Assembly (NCBI GenBank): GCA_051362555.1
Contig: CM120643.1
Span: 8,680,001 to 8,744,000 of the forward strand
Direction: 5' to 3'
Source: Lingula anatina
Taxonomy: Eukaryota; Animalia; Brachiopoda
Length of the DNA stretch: 64,000 bases
Shown: positions 1 to 12,468 of the stretch, piece after piece
Layout of the letters: each line of letters opens with the position of its first letter
How positions within the stretch are numbered: position 1 is the first letter of the stretch
The notes under the pieces: generated by a model
Seen by the model: the letters and a program-made list of their open reading frames with translations, nothing else
What the model was told of the DNA's origin: nothing
Database searches by the model: none
Program-made: the position numbers and the translations under genes

Positions 1-409
1 ATTTGGTGTTTCACATAAGGCTGTGATTGCTACAACATTTTCTTAATCCCCCACCTGTCACACCTGTATAAATTACTCAGCAGGTAATAGCAAATAATAA
101 AGTAAGCCATATCTGATAAAATTAGTTTAATTGAAGCATATGTTTTCTTAATGCATATCCAGGGGCAGCTACAGAGATATTTTCTGAGTGTCTTTCCAAT
201 TGTCTTTTTTGATTTTTGATCCATCCTCAATTTTTGACCATCTACCGCCATAAAAATTAGATGCCTGTCAATGTAAACTTGAAAAATTCTGACTGTCTTC
301 CAGAAGATCCAGAAGATGGCCTTAATCTGCCCATGACATCATTCATCTGTGTTTCACTTCTACCTTTAAGATCACAAAAAAATCTTCACTACTCTGTGTT
401 TTCATACAG

Positions 410-582
410 GAATAGCGGCTCTCACCACAAGACCATCGAGGAGGCCTTGGAGTGTCTGACCAGTGCCCCTCTGCTGGCTGACCTGTCCACTTGGTCACAC
501 TGGGAGGTCATCTTCGAGCCACAATTTGGACCGCTGAAGACTTTCATTGAGAAGCATAGCAAAGACTGCGCTGGGAATATTG
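410..582 (+). CDS. NOV-like gene exon (NSGSHHKT...[19 protein letters not shown])
   Basis: ttcatacag acceptor, G|gtcagt donor; within ORF 261..596. Confidence 0.8.
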
Positions 583-3500
583 GTCAGTTAATATGATGAT
601 AAGTTTGTGTTTTTTTTTTCATAAGTTTAAGTGACAAAGATTGTGTTGGAAACATTGGTCATTAAAATGATAACTTTGTGTTAAACTTTGTTTTGCAAGT
701 GCTGTGAAACTCAAGAATTAATAGGATGAAAGAATACACAGTTTTATAATTAACTTACATGTCAGTAATTTTTTAATGTTAGAAATCTGTTAAATAAATG
801 TCTGTTTCAGATGTAACTTCATATATAAATTCACACAATTATTGAAATTGGGTGACCAAAACACAAAGTCAGTCTATAAGTGTTTTGCTACATGATCATG
901 AATTGCATGATCCATTGGTAGTTTGCCTATTTTCTCTTCAGTTAAAGACATCAGTGACTTGTACTGCGTTGAGATGGCACCAGGCATTCTGTTGCGTATT
1001 ACCATGACAACCTCAGATAAGCAATTCAAACTGGCCCTTGAACAAGGAAACACAAGAGATGCAGCAGGGCATTTGGTTTCCATTTTCCTTAGAGATGGTG
1101 GGTTAAAAAATGCACCTCTAGCTCTTTTGGCCAATCATGTGACAACAGTTCTGCACTCAATGGCAGGAAAGGGCAGCATTGGACAAATTCACTCTGGGTT
1201 ACAAGAGGCAGAAACAGCAGAAGATGTGCAAGCTAGGCTTACTTTAGATTGCTTGACAAAATTGCCTAAGAGGATCTGTAAAGCTGTAGCCAGACAGGTA
1301 TGTGACTCACTTGCACCAGTGGGAACGAAGTTTCACTCCTCCCTTAATTCACAAAAACATTATGCCATTTTGCCACTGAATTGATGATTGTCTCAACGAT
1401 AAACTTGTCTCCCAAATGCCTTGCTTGGAAAAAACCTCACCTGAAAAAAAAACAACTCACAAGTTTGCACCCATCTGGGACAGTTTTTGTCTAAAGTACA
1501 CTTAAAGTCAAATATATAAAATTAAACTAATATTTAATCTGATCACCAGATGAAACAAATGAGCTACATGTAGACCATGCAGTTTTCTGGCTGTTTTTGT
1601 CTAACCTCAACTCATTTTCTTTTCATTGAACTTGAATCTTTTACACTGTCAGGTATTTTTGGAACCCCTGGGTAATACTGTAGGCAAGGCCAAAGCCTAC
1701 CAATTGCTCCTCAAGGTGAGCCGATGTATAGAGGACAAGCTGTGCCTGGAAAGCTTGGGGCTGTCCCTGGGGATCTCTGAATGGACAGAGAGTCTGTGGG
1801 CCCAGATGAAAAGCAGTGCCGACCCAATGGACGATTCTTTCACACAGGTTTGAGTACTGTTTGACTTTAGGCCTTAACACACTGTCAGATTGGGCTTGTG
1901 TTTTCCTTTATTTTTCATTTGGTAGAAGTGAAGAAAGATATTTTAACCCAGTTGTTTTTTTATCCAGATTTGGTGTTTTGTTTTCACTAGGAATTCTCTG
2001 ACGAGGAAAGTGAGGAAGAATTACCTAGTGATGTAAAACCCAAACAGGAACAAATGGAAGTGGGTGAGTTAATGTCCTGAAGCAGCAAAAATTATTAAAA
2101 ATAACTTGTCTTAGAGAGTATTTTAATTGATGCTAGCTGGAAATACATATTATAAAATAAACAATAAGGTGCAAAATGTACTGTAGAAAATACCATTTTC
2201 CAAATCATCCCAGACTGATTACTAGTAGAATGTAGACCCGCTAGGTACGCCTTTTTAAAGAAATTTGATGACTATTATTATCAGATTGTAAAGCTAGAAT
2301 TTATAACATTGTGCAGTAAGTAATGAATGCAAAAATTGATCACGTGAAAATTTTAGTTTCAGAAACTGCAGAGAGACTCCTGTCAGAACCAGCAGTTGAC
2401 AATCAGCAAGAGATTTTGATGGAAAATACTGAATGTGTTGACAGCAACAACACCCATGATGTAAGTGACGCCTCCAGTGTAGAACCAACACAAACCTTGG
2501 AGACAAAGGATGAGGCTTGTAGTGAAAAAGAAACAAAGTGTTTCAATGTCATTCAGGATATCCGTCTGGAGAAGTTTGGAATTGGTCTTGAATTGGATGA
2601 GAAGGGGCAGAAGCTGGCCCAAGGACTGAATGAATTGGTGGGACGCAGCCTGGACAAGCTGTCTCAAGAGCTGTATAACAAAGACACCCATTTTGTGCTG
2701 GAATTGATACAGGTAAGGTATATTTGTCTTGTACAGGAAAAGATTTTTTTTCAAAATTAAGGCTTCGTTCACATGGAATGTCTATTTTCTAAAAATCTAT
2801 TTTCTATTCGTGGTATCTTATGATCACGGTCTGTGCCCTGAATATCCCGCCGCGTAATTACTGGCAGCGCGAGCCAGTTACTTATAGCAACTTATAGTAC
2901 TCTACTCTCTAGGATCACCTGAATTAAACAATTATTATATTTAATGGCAGTGATTTACCATGTAAAAAGTTATTATAACCATACTGGAAAACATACTTCT
3001 GTTGAATCATTGAGTCAGATTTGTAAAATAACTGTTTTATCAATACCGAATAGATAATATATAATATTGTATTATACAACACTTATACCAAAAAAGAAAA
3101 AAAACAAGAAAAATAGGTATACCAAAATAAATAAATAAATAAATAAAAATAGATGATAACTGTTACAATAACTTACAATACAACAACAATACCTAGAATA
3201 ATATAAGAATACAGATAACGGAGACCCACAATTTGATCCAAATCTCCCTTCCAGAATGCAGATGACAATGACTACCCCACTGCCCAGTGGTCAGAGGCAG
3301 GGTCCAGTGAGTGTCCAGAGCTGGTCTTTGTGGTGGAGGAGGACTGCATCACCCTGTACAACAATGAGAAGGGGTTTTCTGAGAGGAATATTAGAGCCAT
3401 TTGTGATGTTGGGCAGTCCACAAAAGGAAAGCATAAGCAAGGATATATTGGTAAATAAGAGATACTTTTTTTTTGGGAGGGGGGGGGGTATCTCTTTAGT

Positions 3501-5308
3501 ATTATAACTAAAAACTAAAGACAGATTGTGTAATAATCAGTACAAATCACATTGTGTTAACAATTTATATCATCTAATTTATTTTTAGATGTAAAAACGT
3601 ACAAGAATTTCTTTATAAAATAATACACTATAATTTCTGTATACTGTATAATTAATTATTATTGTTGGGGGAGGAGAATAATAATATTATTAAAACCAAA
3701 AACCAAAGTAAAACTGTGTAAAATATCAATCATCATAAATCAATATGGTGTTAACAATTTACATCATTCATCTCATTTTTTAGATGTCAAAAAGTACAAG
3801 AATTTTCTTCATATTATATTACACAAAAAATGGTTCAATATTCAAGGTCAAAAAGGCATAGGCTTCAAGTCAGTGTTTATAGTTACCAACACCCCAGAAA
3901 TTGTCTCCAACGGATACTGTATCCGCTTTGATGCCAACAGTGGACCAACTGGATATATCCTGCCTCACTGGGTGTCAGAGGAAGACAGAGAGAGACCTCA
4001 CGAGTCATTTTATGTGACCTTGGCAGGGGGAAAGAAGTCGAAAAAGAAGTCTAAGGTTTTAGTTGACCTTAGTGATGAAAGGTGATGTTTATGATATTTG
4101 ATTAGATTGATAATGAACAACAAAAAGTCTGTGTTTTTATTATATTCTTGGATCCCACGCCAAAAGGAAGCAAACAAACAAGCAATGCTGGGAGCTATTT
4201 TGTATCTATGTATGTGTGAATGTATGTTCCTGCAAAACTGTGTGCCTGTCAATCTGTGATAATGCATTGGTGCATGAAATTAGTATAATGCTTTTTCATT
4301 ATTCATGTTTTTAATTTTTCTCAGGAGTTGTGATATCATTGGCAGTTTTAACCCTTTGGGATATGCTGTGATTTGCTAGTTGATAATGTAAAACTATGTT
4401 AAAGTCATAATAACTCTTCGTTTTGGCCAAAAATTGGATTTTCCTGGAAAAAACGGCAATTTTTCCGTACTTACCAATGGCCAACGACCCCATTCCTGCA
4501 TTCAAAGTTAATCCAGGGTTTTTTTCCTAACCGTACGGTTTTTTGTTAAAATCTCTTAAGAGATTTTAACTGACGGAGCTCTCTCTGACACTGCAAAGTC
4601 ACTGGTGACCTACTTAAAACCGCGGGAAAAGCAGACAACAACAACACTATATAAGATTCATGAGATATATTCGTCTTTTTGTTAAAAAATGCATTTATAT
4701 CCACAATGTGTGCCATTCTGGGCTTTTCGTTATCCGACGCACTGTACAAAAACTCGCAACTTACGTCTGAGGGTTTCCCGCCATGTTATTTTGGTCTCGA
4801 ATGAACGCGAGAATCCGCGTGACACCATTACGTCATTAGCAACGAATGCACTTGTCGACCGGAAAAAAAGGGATCGAAAGCCCTATTGACAAGCACAGAT
4901 TTTAGTTTTCCTACAATAACGGCCGTTTTAGTGGTAAAATACAATAGAATATATTTCCATGCGTTGTTTACAATGCATTTCATGCGGATTTTTGAATCTC
5001 AAAGGAAGAGTTATTATTGCTTTAAAAATAATTTTTTTTACATGTTTTTAAAAACCGATAGGGGAAAGGTGCTATTCAATTTCAAAGAGTTTACACTACT
5101 TGGAATTACATTCAATTTGATGAATAAAAAAATAACCAATTTTTTTTCATACAGGTGGACCACCAAGATAACGCTGCCACTGAAAACGCAGACAGAGCAA
5201 GAGAAATTGAAGAATCGCTCCTTGACATCCAGCTTTCACGATGTCCACCCCTCCCTGCTCTTGTTTCTGAACAGGCTAAAGAGGCTGATAGTAATAAACA
5301 AGGTAAAG

Positions 5309-5365
<57 letters not shown>

Positions 5366-6604
5366 CCAGCTGATGACATATAGCTTTGAATAACAGGACA
5401 GGGAAATATATGGCACGAGGACAGATGCTGAATTCACACATTTTATACCAACTTGAACATGATTATGTCCATGTCAAGTTTTTCCTACATGTAGAATATC
5501 TGCTGAAGGTAATGCAATTTTACCTGAAAGTTGGTTAAAATGCATGTGGACAAACTGGCCAAATGGGCAGCTTCATCACACAATGGCATATTATTATTAT
5601 TTTTTTTAAATTGTGTTAATTTTTCATTTCGGTTGCAGTAAAGTAAATAATTTTAATGTTTCAACAGGTGAATAAGGAAACTGAGGTGATGCAGAGACGT
5701 GATCTAGGCAATGGTGTGATAGAAATCCAAACCTCTAAGAAAACTGAGAGATGGTTGCTTCATAAGAAGATGCTGCCTGTCCCAGAAGAGGTGAATGCAT
5801 GCATGCACACATGCATATGCACTCCCATACATATGCAAACAGTTGTATACGCACGCATTTGCACACATACTTGCTCACATGCAAGCAAGGAAAAGCATGA
5901 GCTAACACAGTAAACAAAAGTATAAATATATAGTAACTAGTTTTGGATATTGAAATGATAAATACTGGTATGCATGTGGATATTTAATACTTTCATTTCT
6001 ATCAAAATAGGAAGATTGTCCATGATGGTCAGGAAATCGAACATTACTGTAACAGTAAAATTACAATATTATTAAAATCTTGCAGTTTCCCCCTGACTTT
6101 ATATATCAACTAAATTCAGTATGTGAATAAGTTGTTGTTTAATTAAAATAATTAAGTACAAATGTATTATATGATAATAAAATAATGTTGTATTTTATAA
6201 TCTAGCTCAACCCAAGTGTAGAAAGCACAGAGCTTGCTTTAGCTTTCCCATTGCAGACAGATGGAAAAACATCTCAAGGCGAGGCAAGTGATACTCAGCA
6301 ATAGGACATAGATAATTTGAATTAATTTGATATTGAGTAAATTTCCTAACTAGGTATTGAAAAGATTAAACCCACAATTATTTCCCATCCTTTCATTTTG
6401 AAGTAAATCTGGCATCAGTGTTAAAGGTAATTAAAGTTATTTAATTGAACATGTAGTGAAACTTTAATGTTTTTTTTAAATAACCTGTTATTAATCACTA
6501 TATATATGCACATGCTTTCTTTAGCCTCCAAAACAAGATGTATTTGCTTTTCTACCCCTGAGATGCTTTGGATTCAAATTTGTAGTCCAGGGTAAGATCA
6601 TGTT

Positions 6605-6657
<53 letters not shown>

Positions 6658-9600
6658 GAAATGGTGAGGTTGAGTTTGGCGTCCACGATGTGAATTATAT
6701 CCATTATATTTATATTTTTCCTTATTATTTTGAAACACCTGTTTTTATTTTATTCATATATTTTTCTCTTTTGGCAATTCCTTTAACATTTTTTGCTGCA
6801 TCAAAGATTATATTCACTTGATTATTGAGCCACATAGATTTTTGTCACTCTACACTGTGATCTTTGTGTATTGTAGGTGATTTTGAAATCCCAGCTTCCA
6901 GACAGGACATTTTGCAGGACAGACAATGGAACCAGTGGTTGAGAAGTCATTTGCCAGAACTTTTTGTGGACTCACTGGACTGTTTCCAAGTTAGTGTCAA
7001 TGTAGAGATCAAAAGCTGTCACAAACAAAGACCCTATCCCATACCTTCCGTATAGCTAAAAAAAAACACGACTATTGGTACGCGTATGAGCGATAACTGA
7101 TTTAATTCTCGTAAGATTACCATCCGCCCCCTTCCTTATGAATAGGTATTACTTTATTAATACAATGCAACCGTCGTGTAGCCACATGTTAGAAGACAAT
7201 GTTTGATTACGCACAGCAGTAGGAGGCCGCTACCCCTTCCCAGCAAGGAGTCAACACAGCAGCGCGTAACCCGGGGTTAATTAGGGGTTATTAGCTGTCC
7301 ACTTATGATCGGTATTGTTCGTCTTGATTGCAGCACACTTCCTACTCACTATTGGTTCGACCGCCTCTTCTTTAAATGCTCTCTCAAACCTTTACTCAGT
7401 CAGCCGAGAATGGAAACACGTTTATCTGCCGATAAACTACGTCATTGATGTATTATTCGGCATCATTCTACAGTGGGTCATAAGGCTCTATCTATCATTT
7501 TTTTCGTCTCGCATTTTACCAGATTAAGCTGACGCTCGAAAACTAAATTTAATGAATAATTTTCTCACGTGCACCGTATCCAGCTAATTTTACGACAATA
7601 ACTACCACGGCACCTCCGCCATTTGCAATTGTAGACGAACCACGTGTTTCCAACTGATAGGCCAATACAACTATACCAGACCCATTGTACGAGAAAAGAC
7701 CGTTTATATTTAATGAATTAAAAAACATTTGAGGATTGCGATTTTCTATTGATATACTATCGATGGTATCCCTGTATTAAATCATCCACTGCTACCCCCT
7801 CTTTTGTAGTGTAGCATGACTCGTATCACAAGATGGCCTTAGAAATGAAGTAAGACAGGCCTACACTCTGATAGTTTTTAGTCTATTATTAACCCTAATG
7901 TCGTTGCTTGTCATTCATTTTAGAACTCTCTGAGCCATCGCAAAATTATTTGCCAGGACATTTAAAGGCTACTTCTTAACGGATTTTTTTTATTTGCACT
8001 GAGTCCAAAATGTTCGAGGACGTCTCTGTCGTTATCGCCGTTTTTGGACGCAGTCCCAGACAAAGGATCGGAAAGTTTCTAAATAAAAGAACTTATAAAT
8101 GCTGCCACTAGCCATCCTTATTGTTCCTAAGTAAAGAGAGGCGATAATAATCTTTTCTTTCTTCTAGCTTAGTCTGTCGATTAAAATGAACAAGGTTAGG
8201 CCTACAATGCAACCACCTATTATTACGCCCATTAATGAGGTTCTTTGCTACACTCCCTTTCTTCATGATCGCGAAACCAGTGGGGTGCTGTGTTTTAAAT
8301 ATATAAAAAAGGGTCTCGCGAGGTGAAGCTATAATAATGAAATAAAAAAATCCAATGAATAGGCCTATCTAATAAACCATGAAGCACGTAGTCTAGGCCT
8401 CTTCTTTGACCGACATCACATTTTTACATTCTTTGTTTTAATAAGAGGACGAACGTGGTCTAATTTGTCTTTTGGTGGTGTGTGGTTTTGCTCGAAGTAG
8501 CGGAGTCAAGTAATTCGGTGATTTACCGTTGGTAAGAGTAGCGATCATCGCTCCTGCGTCCTCATAGATTACTTTCTAATCACCCGTAATTAACGCAGTC
8601 AGGAATAAGCGCTCAAATAGGGGTTTTTGTATCAGGGAAAATTTTAGTATTAATCTTATGTTATTATGTATCTGTATTATGTAATCATGTAACTTATTTT
8701 CCCAAGGCAACCACCAATTATGACGACCATTAATGAAGTTCTCTGCTACACTCTCTCCTCATGATCACTTGCTCGATCGTGAAACCCTGGAGGTGTTGTA
8801 TATATATTTGGGGTAGTTTACTATAGCATGCTACACTCTCCTCATGATCAGCTGCTCGATCGTGAAATCTGGAGTGAAACCCATGGTTTATCTAACAATG
8901 GTTTAAATAAATAAAAAGGGTGTCACGGAGGTGAAGCTGCTTAACTCATAAGAATAACGAACGAAAAAATACGATGAACATTTAATAAACCACGAAGCAC
9001 GTATGTTTTGACCGTTATCGCCTTTTTTACATAAGATGTCTCAACAAGAAGGCAGATGTAGTCCAATTTGTCTTTTGTTGGTGATTCTGGTTCAGGTGGC
9101 TGAGATTAGTTGATCGGTGATGCACCGTTGGTAAGAGTAGCAATCATCACTCCTGCGTTCTAACGGATTACTTTCCAACCCCCCCCCATAATTAACGCAG
9201 CCAGGAATAGGCGCTGAAATAGGGGGTATTAAATCAGGAATTAATTTTTGTAATTATGTATCCGTAAAATAAGAATCGTAACATTATCACGTATTTTTCC
9301 TGATGGAAAATATCATAATTTATGCACACTGATCGAATTATAAAGAAAATCTCCAGATGTAAACAAAGGTCAGTCAAGTATCACTCATCCCAGGCTGCAG
9401 GGCAGATATAGAGAATTGAATGAAGCGCCAGTGATCTGGCAACCCTACAAATTTGTCATAATGATTCATGGGCAAACAATAGAAGCATGACATTAACACC
9501 TTTTACAGTGTGAATGACGACACCTTATGAGGCTTTTGTTTCTTCCCCTGGGTTGGTATTACAAAGTAAGTATGTTGACGTAAGTGTGTTGACTTTTGCA

Positions 9601-11968
9601 TGTTCAAAGGAACAATGGAAATGTCATTTCAAAACAAAGAGCCACATTTCCCTACTTAGGTGACCAAAATATTGTCAATGAAACGCAAAAAAGACAAAAT
9701 CACCAGCTGTTACTGACTGAGTCTAACTCAAATGCAAAAAGGTACGCACAGCGACAAAGCGCTATTGTAAACAATGACCCGACGATGAGATCAATAAGAT
9801 GTATAAAATGACTATTTGTACTATAAAACTGTACCCCTGCCCCTACTTGTATATTATTACACACACAAGGCCACCCTATACCAGAGTTACAGATTGATTT
9901 TTCATTACACAGTCTCTTGCACTGAAGAAAAATACTCATAATTAATTTGCGGCCCTAGTAGAGGGTCTTCTCTCGCTTTCTCTCAAATCAAAATAAACTA
10001 GCAAACATGAAAATTGGCAAAATGTATTAGAATGTAAAGTGTTGCGAATCCTTTAAACAAGGTGAATGGTAATATGCACGTTTAGACAAATTTTAATTTT
10101 AATTTCAATTTAATTTAATTTTAATTAAAATTGATATTACCAAAATTAGTAAATGTCGTTTGCGTCATGTATCAATATTTTTGCACATAATAGTACCTAC
10201 GTTATAAACATTCAGCAAAGATATTTGGAAGGCCGCTCTTTTGTTGTTTATATCAAAGGAAAACTATTTGATACCCATCGTATCAATCATTATACCATGG
10301 TAAGAGATTAGCATACTAATTTATGTCCCCAGTAATAATAACTTTAACAATAACAACAAACCTTCCTACTGTGCTTTCCGTTGCAAAAACAATTAGCCAC
10401 GAATGTTTTATATATTAATAGATATTTATAATAATGACAATTTCAAAATCTTCAAAAGTGCCGACACGGACACGAACTCCCGTCTGGTAGGTTGCAGACG
10501 TCTTAACGACGTTAACCGTTGTTCCACCAATTCTATTGTTCACGCATGTAAATATCGACAGATCTGTATTGCCGCGCATGCCGAAGCTTTGCGGAAATTG
10601 CCGAAGGCTGGGAAAATTCTTCAAAATATACTTTTATTACATTTAATCAAATCCAGACTATCTCCCACTGCCCTGAAGTATGGCTAAAGGCTTTCAGTTG
10701 TCATCAGACTTTGTAATTTGGGAGAAAAAAGTGAAACAGTAACTTCTGGTGATGAATAATAGGTAATAGTGCTGCAAGGTGTTGTTTTTTATCCCTGATG
10801 TACGAGTAGCTTTTTCTACAGTTTCTATAATTCTCTTAACGTATGAAAATATGCAGGTTTTCTGATATAATAAGACTTTGATAAAATCAAAACCAATAAT
10901 ACTTTTAAAGTCGAGAGTCGGGATAAATATCGGCAAGGTGGAGATATGTCCCCCCGGCGCTTCCGCAACAGCAAGACTGAAGGACGCAAGTTACAAAGCA
11001 AAACATGTTTAGTCAAGTTAAAGACTTAATTACCGGTTTAACTTCGGCGGCAGTGCCTACTGCTGTGAGCAACATGCGCTGTCCATCGTAATCCCCCTAT
11101 CATTAACACTGTCGGGGACGTGCGCATTAGCGCGTCTGACGTAGACAGCGTGTGCTATTAAAGTGACCGGGGACTTATTAGCTATAGTGTACATCGATCT
11201 ACCAAGAGCGACCCATCTCTGAATGGATTCTTTCTAAATTACTTTCAGCTGAAGTAGCTTAGATGTCTGGCACGTCTACTGAAGCTGCTAAACGATAGTA
11301 AATTACCCCATAACAGCTTCAGTAGGCATGCCAGACATCAGAGCTGCTTAAGCTGAGTGCAATTTAGCAAGAAACCCCACGGAGATGGGCCCATCCTGTT
11401 AGATCAATCTAGGTGTGAGAATGGGGTCTTAGTAGAAAATTATCACTCTTGAAATATGTTGATGCGCCATCGGACGTGTTCATTAGTGTCAGGGTGGCAC
11501 AGGCAGCATTGTGTCACTTGTCAAGAGTACTCTGAGCTGTCCCCAAACTCCAAACATTTAAACATTTAGTGTTTTAACATTAAAATGTACTGGTATATGA
11601 GTGCATGTGTGGAAATGTATGTATAATTATGTCTTTCATACATTTGGGTGTATGAGTTTTATTTAATTGTTTTCCCAAATCTACATCTACTAAGTATGTT
11701 CTTATTTTTTGTGTTTGTGCATGTGTGTTGCTTGAACCTTTAATATAGTTGCTACATGTATCTGTTTTTAGAAACACCCCGAGTTTGACAAGATCAGTGC
11801 AGTTGTGGCCTTCCTGAAGCATGTCCCTGAAGAGGGGAGGCTGTATGACTTCTTCCAGCCAGTGGCCAGACAAATTCTGCAGCACTTACGGAAAATGCCC
11901 TGCCTCCCTGTGAGAAAAGAGGAAGGTACGTGTGTGTGGATGCATGTGTGTGTGTGTGTGGATGCACT

Positions 11969-12004
<36 letters not shown>

Positions 12005-12421
12005 GGTGGGTGTGGGTGCATGTGTGTGTGGATGCACTTGTGTGTGTGTGTGTGTGTGGGTGCACTTGTGTGTGGGTGTGAGTGTGTGGGTGTGTGTGGA
12101 TGCACTCAATTGCTTTAGATTTCACAAAAATACTTCTAATTGTGTTTTCAAAATGTAGGTACAGAGTGGAAAACACCGACAGAGATTGTGATGTGTGAAC
12201 ACAAGGGCACAGTAGAGATTGTGACACCAGAACACCTGCAGAAATATCTGGGCAGATATTACCTGGATCAAGCCGTGCAGAAGTCAGTATCCTCTGAACT
12301 GTTGAAAAACTTAGGGGTTTGCACCATTGAGGTGAAGGAGGTGGTGGAGGTCCTGAGGGGTGTCCTAAATGATCAGCTTAATTCTGGGAGAGGTAACTGA
12401 TTCTCTGCTTTTGAGCCTGCC

Positions 12422-12468
<47 letters not shown>

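Noticed and set aside
4886-5383. Poly-Ile and poly-Tyr ORF tails
   Set aside because: (TAT)n microsatellite after the true donor at 5302.
11768-12227. His/Thr-rich and Cys/Val-rich ORFs
   Set aside because: Translations of (GT)n/(CA)n simple repeats.
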